A stretch of 46,481 nt of DNA from a virus (IMGVR_UViG_648861009_000008), one strand, 5' to 3'; counted from the stretch's first letter, positions 32,912 through 41,778 are shown. The notes: generated by a model not told the origin, from the sequence alone. Program-made: numbers and translations.

Positions 32912-33163
32912 TTATTCTTCTGCAAAAGCAGAAAAGCCAGCTTTTATTCCGATCTCTTTCAATGCCTGTAATGAAGTGACAAACTCACCTTCGCGCAAGA
33001 TAAATCCGTCCGTGACCCGAGCATCCACAAAATTAATTAACGCAGCCCCATTCTTTCGCAAACACATAATGCGGTAATGACTAACAAGATTTCCATTTTC
33101 AACGCACACAGCATAGAGGCCATCTTCACAAAAAATTTTACGCAGTTCTTCGATGTTCATCAT
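32912..33163 (-). CDS. hypothetical prophage protein (83 aa)
   Basis: ORF between hokD and rem; not recognised. Confidence 0.45.
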   Translation of the reverse strand: MMNIEELRKIFCEDGLYAVCVENGNLVSHYRIMCLRKNGAALINFVDARVTDGFILREGEFVTSLQALKEIGIKAGFSAFAEE

Positions 33164-33282
33164 CAGAATCCTTCCGGATAATTAGCTCTCCCCTTTAAGG
33201 GACCATCCCTCTTATCCCTGCGCGCTACTTAAGTATTTTTGATTCTATTCCGGCACCGTCCAGATCTTCAAACGCGTTGAAA

Positions 33283-33308
33283 ATAAAACAAAAACCCGCC
33301 GAAGCGGG
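33283..33308 (-). terminator. Rho-independent terminator downstream of hokD
   Basis: Minus-strand hairpin CCCGCttcgGCGGG followed by TTTTTGTTTT. Confidence 0.55.
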
Positions 33309-33378
33309 TTAAGTGCGGGTGCGTTGAGGATGCCTGCCACATCAGAGGTGGCGAGGGATTTCTCCCTCGCCGGGTCTC

Positions 33379-33534
33379 TTACTCCTCAGGTTCGTAAGCT
33401 GTGAAGACAGCGACCTCCGTCTGGCCGGTTCGGATTCGTACCTCGCAGAGGTCTTTCCTCGTTACCAGTGCCGTCACTATGACGGTTAAACAGATGACGA
33501 TCAGGGCGATTAACATCGCCTTTTGCTGCTTCAT
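33379..33534 (-). CDS. hokD: Hok/Gef-family type I toxin
   Basis: MKQQKAMLIALIVICLTVIVTALVTRKDLCEVRIRTGQTEVAVFTAYEPEE (51 aa); start codon abuts the N-run. Confidence 0.9.
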   Translation of the reverse strand: MKQQKAMLIALIVICLTVIVTALVTRKDLCEVRIRTGQTEVAVFTAYEPEE

Positions 33535-33535
33535 A

Positions 33536-34715
33536 NNNNNNNNNNNNNNNNNNNNNNNNNNNNNNNNNNNNNNNNNNNNNNNNNNNNNNNNNNNNNNNNN
33601 NNNNNNNNNNNNNNNNNNNNNNNNNNNNNNNNNNNNNNNNNNNNNNNNNNNNNNNNNNNNNNNNNNNNNNNNNNNNNNNNNNNNNNNNNNNNNNNNNNNN
33701 NNNNNNNNNNNNNNNNNNNNNNNNNNNNNNNNNNNNNNNNNNNNNNNNNNNNNNNNNNNNNNNNNNNNNNNNNNNNNNNNNNNNNNNNNNNNNNNNNNNN
33801 NNNNNNNNNNNNNNNNNNNNNNNNNNNNNNNNNNNNNNNNNNNNNNNNNNNNNNNNNNNNNNNNNNNNNNNNNNNNNNNNNNNNNNNNNNNNNNNNNNNN
33901 NNNNNNNNNNNNNNNNNNNNNNNNNNNNNNNNNNNNNNNNNNNNNNNNNNNNNNNNNNNNNNNNNNNNNNNNNNNNNNNNNNNNNNNNNNNNNNNNNNNN
34001 NNNNNNNNNNNNNNNNNNNNNNNNNNNNNNNNNNNNNNNNNNNNNNNNNNNNNNNNNNNNNNNNNNNNNNNNNNNNNNNNNNNNNNNNNNNNNNNNNNNN
34101 NNNNNNNNNNNNNNNNNNNNNNNNNNNNNNNNNNNNNNNNNNNNNNNNNNNNNNNNNNNNNNNNNNNNNNNNNNNNNNNNNNNNNNNNNNNNNNNNNNNN
34201 NNNNNNNNNNNNNNNNNNNNNNNNNNNNNNNNNNNNNNNNNNNNNNNNNNNNNNNNNNNNNNNNNNNNNNNNNNNNNNNNNNNNNNNNNNNNNNNNNNNN
34301 NNNNNNNNNNNNNNNNNNNNNNNNNNNNNNNNNNNNNNNNNNNNNNNNNNNNNNNNNNNNNNNNNNNNNNNNNNNNNNNNNNNNNNNNNNNNNNNNNNNN
34401 NNNNNNNNNNNNNNNNNNNNNNNNNNNNNNNNNNNNNNNNNNNNNNNNNNNNNNNNNNNNNNNNNNNNNNNNNNNNNNNNNNNNNNNNNNNNNNNNNNNN
34501 NNNNNNNNNNNNNNNNNNNNNNNNNNNNNNNNNNNNNNNNNNNNNNNNNNNNNNNNNNNNNNNNNNNNNNNNNNNNNNNNNNNNNNNNNNNNNNNNNNNN
34601 NNNNNNNNNNNNNNNNNNNNNNNNNNNNNNNNNNNNNNNNNNNNNNNNNNNNNNNNNNNNNNNNNNNNNNNNNNNNNNNNNNNNNNNNNNNNNNNNNNNN
34701 NNNNNNNNNNNNNNN
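33536..34715. other. assembly gap (1180 N) hiding the hok regulatory region and the left part of IS5
   Basis: Run of N between the hokD start and IS5 transposase C-terminal coding sequence. Confidence 0.95.
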
Positions 34716-35173
34716 GGGGCGCCACAGCGCGAGGAGCTGGCCGAGGTCGGATGTGGACTGGCTGATCGCCGAGCGACCCCGGCAACGGTAAGAACCTTGA
34801 AACAGCATCCACGCAAGAACAAAACGGCCATCAACATCGAATCCATGAAAGCCAGCATCCGGGCCAAGGTGGAGCACCCATTTCGCATCATCAAGCGACA
34901 GTTCGGCTTCGTGAAAGCCAGATACAAGGGGTTGCTGAAAAACGATAACCAACTGGCGATGTTATTCACGCTGGCCAACCTGTTTCGGGCGGACCAAATG
35001 ATACGTCAGTGGGAGAGATCTCACTAAAAACTGGGGATAACGCCTTAAATGGCGAAGAAACGGTCTAAATAGGCTGATTCAAGGCATTTACGGGAGAAAA
35101 AATCGGCTCAAACATGAAGAAATGAAATGACTGAGTCAGCCGAGAAGAATTTCCCCGCTTATTCGCACCTTCC
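34716..35173 (+). mobile_element. IS5, right-hand ~460 bp (rest in gap); terminal inverted repeat CTTATTCGCACCTTCC at 35158..35173, followed by CTAA
   Basis: Encodes the InsH C-terminus (...[45 protein letters not shown]...RQWERSH) and ends in the IS5 terminal repeat as recalled. Confidence 0.85.
34797..35027 (+). CDS. insH: IS5 transposase InsH, C-terminal fragment
   Basis: Translation matches the InsH C-terminus; the 80 nt between the gap and this ORF encode InsH-like sequence in shifting frames. Confidence 0.8.
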   Translation: MKQHPRKNKTAINIESMKASIRAKVEHPFRIIKRQFGFVKARYKGLLKNDNQLAMLFTLANLFRADQMIRQWERSH

Positions 35174-35379
35174 CTAACCTTCTAGTCCGCTTTGAGCGAA
35201 AAACAGCCATAATTTAGTGCCACGTATATAATGATAGAGCTATTCAAGCTAGCAATTCACATGTAAAAATTCAGAGGGTAGAAGCACATAGTTATAAATG
35301 TTGGCTCCATCGACAAATTGCGGTCTCAAGTACATTTATTAATGTTGCCCCCGCATTAACAAATCATCAAGGTGACGAC

Positions 35380-37167
35380 ATGGACGATATTAATATCAGC
35401 CTCGACGAACTTAACACTATTGATTTATCCCCCTTAATCCAGAGTAAGCTGCCAGTTACCTGCTTTGATATCACAAAGTATCTTTCTAGCCTAGGTGATG
35501 GAAGAGCGGAGATAAGACTGCTAACCCATATTTGCGGTTTTCACTTTCGTCCCGAAAATCCACAGGTACCATTTGGTCCGTGCTTTCAAAGCAGCCAAGG
35601 TAGATCTGCAATTCCGGATGACATTAACGGGTTGTCGCTGGAGGTACTTTCTCAATTTTGCCCGACGATAGAGCTACCCGAACTTCAAGCTCGTATTGCT
35701 GATACACTTTGGGTTCGTAAAATTGGTGGAATCCGTTTTCCTTTGCTGGCAGTCCGTGCTTATTATGCGTCCAGTATAGCTATTATGACATCGCAAGGGA
35801 CGTGGGTTAGTGCTTTAGAACGCCTAGAGCGTGCGCTTAGGCTGTGTTGTTTTTTTCGAAAGAATACTGATTTCAGGGATGAATTTGATCAGCTTTCGGC
35901 ACATCTACTAGCAGAGTATGAACGTACCAGAGAACAAGGCGATTCACCTTATCCGCTGCGACTCCTGCAACTCGATATCGACTGTAAAGTGAGTGAGCCA
36001 TCTTTTATTGCCCAGGAACTCCTGTTTCTGACAAAAAACTATCTGGCTCAAAAATTATTTTCATTTGCCGTCGATGCCTGTAAAACCGCAATCACGATTG
36101 CGAATAGGTGCTGTGACAGAGATACACAGTTTGAATTCTGGCGGCTTCTTGCCGATACACATCTGGAAGAGTCAAAATTCCAAGATGGCGGTATGATTTC
36201 GGCAGCCTGCATGCAGAATGCTATTGAAGCACTGGCTAATATTCCAGGAACCCGAATAGAACGTCTTGCGCTGTATGAAGAAATGCGTGATTACCAAATC
36301 GAATCCCGTCACCAGATGTCTATCCTTCAGTCTCCCCCTCAAGATATTAGTGAGATTGTCCATCAAGCCAAGAGTCGGGTAGTCGGAAGAGATATGTTTG
36401 ATATGGTTTTCAGACTTGCGATGCTGGTCTGTCGGCCAACCAGCATTGAGAGACTTAAGGCTCAAGCAATAGAACAAAAGGCCAACAGCATAGCTTGGAT
36501 GTTTGGATCAACACATATTGATCATGAGGGAATGACACTTGCTCGCATACCCGCAGGATTGGGGATTGATGATGCAAATGGGGCAGTTATTTGGCCCATA
36601 ATGATGACGAGAATGCGTATCGACCATGAGTTGGCAGTAGCTGGGCAAATTATTCCTGCTACAGATGAGATCACAATGAAATATCCAATCTCGGAGGCGT
36701 TTTTTCGCGATATGTTCATCAATCATCCCTTCATCCCGTTTGGGCATGAAGAGTTTTTCATCAAGGGTATGGTTTGCGGTTTCAATGGAGATTTTATGAC
36801 GGCATGCCACGTGTTGATTCCCCAGATCGAAAATAGTCTGAGATATGTGGCTAAAATTAAAGGTGAGGAACCATCGCAGCTTCACGGGGACGGTTCGCAA
36901 GAGCGAAATGGACTCAAGGGATTACTAGATAATCCACTGATTATTGAAGCTTTCGGCGTAGACATAATTGGCAATCTTCAGGCCTTACTGGTAGATAAAA
37001 TCTATGGTGATTTACGAAATCAACTAGCTCACGGATATGTGCCTGCCGGTTACTACAATCAACCTCCCTGCATTTTTGCATGGTGGCTTGTATTGCACAT
37101 TCTAATGAACCCTACGGCGAGATACTGGCAAGCCACTTATGGCCAAGAGAGTGAGGCTCAGACTTAA
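35380..37167 (+). CDS. orphan 595-aa protein, mostly helical, C-terminal RNxxxH (HEPN-like) motif; candidate abortive-infection/defence effector
   Basis: Intact ORF with AAGGTGA RBS; opposite strand to the phage early operon; AT-rich upstream region; IS5 end 200 bp upstream; GC and codon use lower than flanking phage genes; motif LVDKIYGDLRNQLAHGY near the C-terminus. Confidence 0.7.
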   Translation: MDDINISLDELNTIDLSPLIQSKLPVTCFDITKYLSSLGDGRAEIRLLTHICGFHFRPENPQVPFGPCFQSSQGRSAIPDDINGLSLEVLSQFCPTIELPELQARIADTLWVRKIGGIRFPLLAVRAYYASSIAIMTSQGTWVSALERLERALRLCCFFRKNTDFRDEFDQLSAHLLAEYERTREQGDSPYPLRLLQLDIDCKVSEPSFIAQELLFLTKNYLAQKLFSFAVDACKTAITIANRCCDRDTQFEFWRLLADTHLEESKFQDGGMISAACMQNAIEALANIPGTRIERLALYEEMRDYQIESRHQMSILQSPPQDISEIVHQAKSRVVGRDMFDMVFRLAMLVCRPTSIERLKAQAIEQKANSIAWMFGSTHIDHEGMTLARIPAGLGIDDANGAVIWPIMMTRMRIDHELAVAGQIIPATDEITMKYPISEAFFRDMFINHPFIPFGHEEFFIKGMVCGFNGDFMTACHVLIPQIENSLRYVAKIKGEEPSQLHGDGSQERNGLKGLLDNPLIIEAFGVDIIGNLQALLVDKIYGDLRNQLAHGYVPAGYYNQPPCIFAWWLVLHILMNPTARYWQATYGQESEAQT

Positions 37168-37264
37168 AGTGAATAAGTTTACGAAGTTGGCACTTCCGGA
37201 TGCATGTCCATATGAGTTGAGGCGATTTGGTTAATAAGGTTGAGTGCTGCTGAAATTATTCGAT

Positions 37265-37288
37265 GTCCGCTTTTGGCACAAAGCGGAC
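37265..37288. terminator. hairpin between the convergent 595-aa and 133-aa genes (possible bidirectional terminator)
   Basis: GTCCGCTTT-tggcac-AAAGCGGAC, 9-bp stem. Confidence 0.4.
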
Positions 37289-37385
37289 AACCACGCCAGA
37301 TCTACCCTGTGCCATGAAAAATGAGAATGTCAATTCACTCCTGAACTAATGCTTTTTAATCTAGTAACGTCTAAAATACCTAACA

Positions 37386-37787
37386 TTATCCCTGATAAAA
37401 TGCCAGTATGCGCTGCATAACTTCACTCATCCGGCACTCGCGACAGATTATGTTTAGGCGACTGTCGTAGCGACGTATTTCTCCATCAGGTAACGACCAG
37501 ATAAGGTCCGGATCAACCACAGCTGTTTTCTTCACCTTTGCCCTCGAGAGTTTTTTGCGGGCGTTTTGCCAGTCCTTACGCGCCTGTTCAGACGGGAATA
37601 ACCCGTAGCCGGAGTTGTATACATCGCCACTGGCTACCAGCTCTCTGGCAAGAACGCTCATCAGATATCTAGTCGCACCTGTTTTAGCTTCCAGTTGCCG
37701 TAACGTCTCACGACCGCTCTGGCGCACGAGTTCCACCACCTGCCCTTTAATTTTTTCCCGCTCTTCTTGTGTAAAAACTTTTGCCAC
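37386..37787 (-). CDS. hypothetical protein in the replication operon (133 aa)
   Basis: ORF 40 nt downstream of the O-like gene on the same strand; not recognised. Confidence 0.5.
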   Translation of the reverse strand: MAKVFTQEEREKIKGQVVELVRQSGRETLRQLEAKTGATRYLMSVLARELVASGDVYNSGYGLFPSEQARKDWQNARKKLSRAKVKKTAVVDPDLIWSLPDGEIRRYDSRLNIICRECRMSEVMQRILAFYQG

Positions 37788-37827
37788 AAGTCCCCCTTAA
37801 AATTACCTCATGACCTGAAATCAAAAC

Positions 37828-38847
37828 TTATCCTCTGAAACCAGGCGGAATTTCTGTATCCGGTTCAGAAATATGATTAACACAACGCTGTACAGGTGAA
37901 CGCCCCAGGCGGATGACCAGTTCGTCCCATTTTTCGCGGAGCTTTGACGGGCTCATGATGTTTTTTACCCAGAATGGATCCCGCTGTACCCGACCAAACA
38001 TTTCACAAATTTGTCTGTGGCTTCTGCCATCCAGCATCCGCATTGTGCGCACATCATTGGCCCAGACAGTCCAGTTAGGCTCTTTTGGTCGCATGATCTC
38101 GCCATCATCACTGGCGGCCTGTTCGTAGAGACCCACGATCCGCCCCCATATCCACTGCGCACACGCCAGATCCTCCTGGCTACCCCACTGGCGTTTTTTC
38201 GCACTAAACACAACTGCGCCAGGGTGCCGGATTAAAAAATCCTGTTCAGCCGTCTGCGGGTCCGGTTGCGAAGCTTCCGGACGAAAAGTGTTTTTATTCT
38301 CTGTAGTAATCTCTGTTGTATTCTCTGTAGGATCATCGGGCCATTTTGACCCGATGACATTGGGTCGTTTTGAACCAATGGAGCGTTTCATTTTGACCTC
38401 TTCCATCGTGTCATTTTGACCTGATGGAGCGGCGCATTTTGAACCGATGGATTCGCTCAATTTGCCATCATCTAAAAGCTCGCTTCCATAGTTAATCGTG
38501 TAGAAATTGGTCATATCGCGCTTTGATTTATTGAGCTTTTCACAACGCAAAAGCCCCAGCGTTTTCAGACTTGCAAACGCGCGCTTTAACGTTGACTCTG
38601 ACCAGAATGGGAACTGTTCCAGCCATTGTTCCGTTGTGTTGTAAATCCAGCGAACACCATCACATTCCATGCCGGAATTGGTATCTCTCAACCAGTAATG
38701 CAACTGCTGCAACACAATGGCTTCATTTAAGCCAATCTTCATCGCAAGCTGTGTGTTTATAACCAGTGGGCGTTCAGCAAAAAGAAGGCTCATAATTCCA
38801 TCCAGCTTTTTGTTGGTATTGCTGTCGATACGCAAGTTTGAAAGCAA
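37828..38847 (-). CDS. replication initiator (lambda O-like) with internal origin iterons; true start uncertain (the ORF overlaps the upstream gene by 74 nt)
   Basis: N-terminal helix-rich DNA-binding-like region; five ~23-bp iterons inside the coding sequence. Confidence 0.7.
   Translation of the reverse strand: MLSNLRIDSNTNKKLDGIMSLLFAERPLVINTQLAMKIGLNEAIVLQQLHYWLRDTNSGMECDGVRWIYNTTEQWLEQFPFWSESTLKRAFASLKTLGLLRCEKLNKSKRDMTNFYTINYGSELLDDGKLSESIGSKCAAPSGQNDTMEEVKMKRSIGSKRPNVIGSKWPDDPTENTTEITTENKNTFRPEASQPDPQTAEQDFLIRHPGAVVFSAKKRQWGSQEDLACAQWIWGRIVGLYEQAASDDGEIMRPKEPNWTVWANDVRTMRMLDGRSHRQICEMFGRVQRDPFWVKNIMSPSKLREKWDELVIRLGRSPVQRCVNHISEPDTEIPPGFRG
38343..38451. repeat. origin iterons: five direct repeats of about 23 bp with core (C/G)ATTTTGA(A/C)C(C/T)NATGGA
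   Basis: ccATTTTGACCCGATGa / cgTTTTGAACCAATGGa / tcATTTTGACCtcttcc / tcATTTTGACCTGATGGa / gcATTTTGAACCGATGGa at regular spacing. Confidence 0.7.
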
Positions 38848-39295
38848 TTGCTTTTTCTATAAGTTCGTCAGTTTCACGATCCACTACGGCAGGATCAGCA
38901 AAAAGCAGTCCGGACTCCACCACATCGCCATATTCTTTGTTTAACCCGGCGATCATGTACGTGATGCTTTTTCCGTCACTAATTTCACGATACAACCTGA
39001 AATCATTAATCCGGATAGCCTCCATAATTGCAGGCACTAGCGCCGTGAACTTTTCACGCTTATCCCTGGTGTCGATAGCCTTCCAGCGTTCGAATATCTT
39101 CACTCGATTAACGCCAAGCGCTCGCTGATCAACCGCGCCACCTTCATCTGTGACACGCTGAACATCGATGTTCGGGCGCTCTTTCAAAGCCCAGAATGCT
39201 TCAGTGATTAATATCGTCGCCTGCTCCTGTGTCATTCCTGGTCGACATATCCAGGCATCCAGAGCCTCACGAGCCTGTTCAGGAGTGATTTTCAT
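38774..39295 (-). CDS. phage early regulatory protein (YdaT/YdfX-like, CII position)
   Basis: 173-aa ORF immediately downstream of the Cro-like dicC on the same strand. Confidence 0.55.
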   Translation of the reverse strand: MKITPEQAREALDAWICRPGMTQEQATILITEAFWALKERPNIDVQRVTDEGGAVDQRALGVNRVKIFERWKAIDTRDKREKFTALVPAIMEAIRINDFRLYREISDGKSITYMIAGLNKEYGDVVESGLLFADPAVVDRETDELIEKAIAFKLAYRQQYQQKAGWNYEPSFC

Positions 39296-39506
39296 TGTTC
39301 AACCGCCCCGCCCGCTTCGTCTTACGATATTCGTCATAAACCTTGGGATCATACAGAAGCTCGCCGCCAGATGCCTCCTGTAGACGCATCGCGCGACCTT
39401 CAGGAACCAGCTCTTGCCATTGAGAAACAGCAGATGGGTCAACGCCAGCAGCTTTCGCTACTTTGGCTTTCGTACCGTAAAAATTAATTACGTCTGATTT
39501 AAACAT
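39279..39506 (-). CDS. dicC: Cro-like repressor DicC
   Basis: MFKSDVINFYGTKAKVAKAAGVDPSAVSQWQELVPEGRAMRLQEASGGELLYDPKVYDEYRK...; divergent from dicA. Confidence 0.8.
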   Translation of the reverse strand: MFKSDVINFYGTKAKVAKAAGVDPSAVSQWQELVPEGRAMRLQEASGGELLYDPKVYDEYRKTKRAGRLNNENHS

Positions 39507-39583
39507 CGCACCTCCAGTATTGAGTTTTCTCAATGCTAATCACTCAAGGAATCTCAAGTCAAGGGTTATTAAGATATCTAAAT
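39507..39583. promoter_or_regulatory. divergent dicC/dicA promoter-operator region with palindrome ATTGAG-tttt-CTCAAT (39518..39533)
   Basis: 77-bp intergenic region between divergent repressor genes containing a dyad. Confidence 0.5.
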
Positions 39584-39991
39584 ATGAACGAGAAAACTTT
39601 AGGTCAACGCATTAGAGAAAGACGTAAGCAGGTAGGTTTAAGTCAAAACGGTTTAAGCAAAGCTGCTGGCGTATCTGGCTCATCAATTTCATTATGGGAA
39701 AGTGACCATACAGCCCCGCGCGGGCAAAATTTGCATCGCCTCGCCGAGGTATTGCAATGTTCACCAACCTGGATACTGTTTGGCGACGAGGACAAAACAC
39801 CAGCTCCCCCTGTTTCACTCGATAGTGCCTTAGACTTATCGGAAGATGAGTTAGAGATGCTGCGTTTGTATCGCGCACTTCCTAAATCAGAGCAACAAGC
39901 ACAACTCAGCGAACTCCGCGCCCGCGTTGAGAATTTTAATCGCCTGTTCACCGAGCTATTAGAGGCTCGCAAACGCAACAAGCATCAATAA
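39584..39991 (+). CDS. dicA: CI-like HTH repressor DicA
   Basis: ...GQRIRERRKQVGLSQNGLSKAAGVSGSSISLWE...LQCSPTWILFGDEDK... matches DicA as recalled; the ORF track starts at 39533. Confidence 0.85.
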   Translation: MNEKTLGQRIRERRKQVGLSQNGLSKAAGVSGSSISLWESDHTAPRGQNLHRLAEVLQCSPTWILFGDEDKTPAPPVSLDSALDLSEDELEMLRLYRALPKSEQQAQLSELRARVENFNRLFTELLEARKRNKHQ

Positions 39992-40183
39992 TCATCCCTT
40001 CACAAAATTTTAAAGCCTTACATTTCAATGTATTGGCTTTATCTTGCGCCAATACTTGAGTTTTCTCATCAAAAAGCCTTGACGAAAAATAATGAGAAAA
40101 CTAAATTACCTCCATCAACACACCGCACGGTGTTCTCAGCAAACAGTTCCGCTACCCCGGCGTTAAGGGGAAATGAGGTCAGC

Positions 40184-40339
40184 ATGGATACTATCGATCT
40201 TGGCAACAACGAATCTCTGGTGTACGGCGTGTTTCCAAACCAGGACGGCACGTTCACCGCAATGACGTATACCAAAAGCAAAACGTTTAAAACCGAAAAT
40301 GGTGCCCGTCGCTGGCTGGAAAGAAACTCAGGTGAGTGA
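40184..40339 (+). CDS. ydfA: YdfA small protein
   Basis: MDTIDLGNNESLVYGVFPNQDGTFTAMTYTKSKTFKTENGARRWLERNSGE; GAGGT RBS. Confidence 0.8.
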   Translation: MDTIDLGNNESLVYGVFPNQDGTFTAMTYTKSKTFKTENGARRWLERNSGE

Positions 40340-40340
40340 T

Positions 40341-40853
40341 ATGGATTTCGACACAATCATGGAAAAGGCTTACGAAGAATACTTCGAAGGCCTTGCCGAA
40401 GGCGAAGAAGCTCTCAGCTTCAGTGAGTTTAAACAGGCACTCAGAATAAGAATGCGCTCTCACAATGACGCGGAGCACAAATATGAGAAGCAAAATCAGA
40501 CCGCAGAAAATTTTGTTCTGGAACCCGGAGAAACGCTTTTCAAAATTCCCGTTACGTGCCCCATTTGCGGTTTTACATCAGAAGAACTTGACGACTCCTG
40601 TAACAATCAGGAAACAACCAAGTATGTCGAAGATGATACCGAGTGCGCACGAAGAACGATTATATCCACGAGTCCAAACTCCAGGACCAATAAATCTCAC
40701 TTTGAGAGGGTGATTAATCCACTCCCCCAAACCAATAAAAAAGATGCCGGAGGACAAAAAACCAATGGAACAACGGGATATCTGTCAAAAAAAGACGTTC
40801 CATTAAAGACAAACAACGCAGCGCCAACAACTGTAAGCGCTTTATACCAGTAA
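40341..40853 (+). CDS. ydfB: YdfB-like protein (170 aa here; K-12 ydfB is shorter as recalled)
   Basis: MDFDTIMEKAYEEYFEGLAEGEEALSFSEFKQAL... then a longer C-terminal part with a CPICGF zinc-ribbon-like motif; start overlaps the ydfA stop. Confidence 0.65.
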   Translation: MDFDTIMEKAYEEYFEGLAEGEEALSFSEFKQALRIRMRSHNDAEHKYEKQNQTAENFVLEPGETLFKIPVTCPICGFTSEELDDSCNNQETTKYVEDDTECARRTIISTSPNSRTNKSHFERVINPLPQTNKKDAGGQKTNGTTGYLSKKDVPLKTNNAAPTTVSALYQ

Positions 40854-40951
40854 TCAATTTTCATGTTCTTAAGCGGATTTATTGGTGGTTGCGACATTGC
40901 TTAATGAATCCTTAAAACTGTGGTGATTTTAAGGATACCACCTCGCCTGAC

Positions 40952-41239
40952 GTGGTTAAAAGCAGGCACACAACACGAAAGCGCACGGCGAAGTTCGTCT
41001 CACTGTACGGTGTCGTCAAATTTAATTCGACCGTGCGCTTCCGGTTGTGGCAACCCGCGAAATGGCGCGGCGGTAAGTATGGCGGGGTTATTCCTTCCCC
41101 GTTGAGGACACCGAGTTGTCAGGTTGACCATACGCTTAAGCGACAACCCCGCTGCAACGCCCTCTGTTATCAATTTTCTGGTGACGTTTGGCGGTATCAG
41201 TTTTACTCCGTGACTGCTCTGCCGCCGTTTTTAAAGTGA
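40952..41239 (+). CDS. ydfC: YdfC-like ORF; the reading frame runs through the DicF region, so the true end is uncertain
   Basis: MVKSRHTTRKRTAKFVSLYGVVKFNSTVRF... Confidence 0.4.
   Translation: MVKSRHTTRKRTAKFVSLYGVVKFNSTVRFRLWQPAKWRGGKYGGVIPSPLRTPSCQVDHTLKRQPRCNALCYQFSGDVWRYQFYSVTALPPFLK
41175..41227 (+). ncRNA. dicF: DicF small regulatory RNA (about 53 nt) followed by a T-run at 41228..41232
   Basis: TTTCTGGTGACGTTTGGCGGTATCAGTTTTACTCCGTGACTGCTCTGCCGCC matches DicF as recalled, between ydfC and dicB. Confidence 0.85.
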
Positions 41240-41401
41240 ATTTTGTGATGCGGTGAATGCGGCTAAGCGCACGCGGAACAGTTAAAACCAAAAACAGTGT
41301 TATGGGTGGATTCTCTGTATCCGGCGTTAATTGTTAACTGGTTAACGTCACCTGGAGGCACCAGGCACTGCATCACAAAATTCATTGTTGAGGACGCGAT
41401 A

Positions 41402-41590
41402 ATGAAAACGTTATTACCAAACGTTAATACGTCTGAAGGTTGTTTTGAAATTGGTGTCACTATCAGTAACCCTGTATTTACTGAAGATGCCATTAACAAG
41501 AGAAAACAAGAACGGGAGCTATTAAATAAAATATGCATTGTTTCAATGCTGGCTCGTTTACGTCTGATGCCAAAAGGATGTGCACAATGA
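41402..41590 (+). CDS. dicB: cell-division inhibitor DicB
   Basis: MKTLLPNVNTSEGCFEIGVTISNPVFTEDAINKRKQERELLNKICIVSMLARLRLMPKGCAQ (62 aa). Confidence 0.9.
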   Translation: MKTLLPNVNTSEGCFEIGVTISNPVFTEDAINKRKQERELLNKICIVSMLARLRLMPKGCAQ

Positions 41591-41778
41591 ATTCAGCATT
41601 TGCGCTTGTTCTGACAGTTTTTCTTGTTTCCGGAGAGCCAGTTGATATTGCAGTCAGTGTTCACAGGACAATGCAGGAGTGTATGACTGCAGCAACCGAA
41701 CAGAAAATTCCCGGTAACTGTTACCCGGTCGATAAAGTTATTCACCAGTATAATATCGAAATCCCGGCAGGTCTTTAA
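41587..41778 (+). CDS. ydfD: YdfD small membrane protein
   Basis: MNSAFALVLTVFLVSGEPVDIAVSVHRTMQECMTAATEQKIPGNCYPVDKVIHQYNIEIPAGL; ATGA overlap with dicB. Confidence 0.85.
   Translation: MNSAFALVLTVFLVSGEPVDIAVSVHRTMQECMTAATEQKIPGNCYPVDKVIHQYNIEIPAGL

Noticed and set aside
33379-34978. Several ORFs of 420 to 530 aa spanning the second N-run on both strands
   Set aside because: Same artefact; the only real coding sequences here are hokD (33379..33534) and the IS5 transposase tail.
36508-36900. 130-aa ORF antisense to the 595-aa orphan gene
   Set aside because: Embedded antisense ORF with no start context or features; most likely chance.
35380-37167. Calling the 595-aa protein a confirmed HEPN RNase
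   Set aside because: A single R-x4-H match is expected by chance at appreciable frequency in a protein this size; kept as a hypothesis only.
38335-38455. Regularly spaced short repeats that could be taken for a CRISPR array
   Set aside because: Only five imperfect 23-bp units with no spacer structure, inside a replication initiator gene; they are origin iterons.
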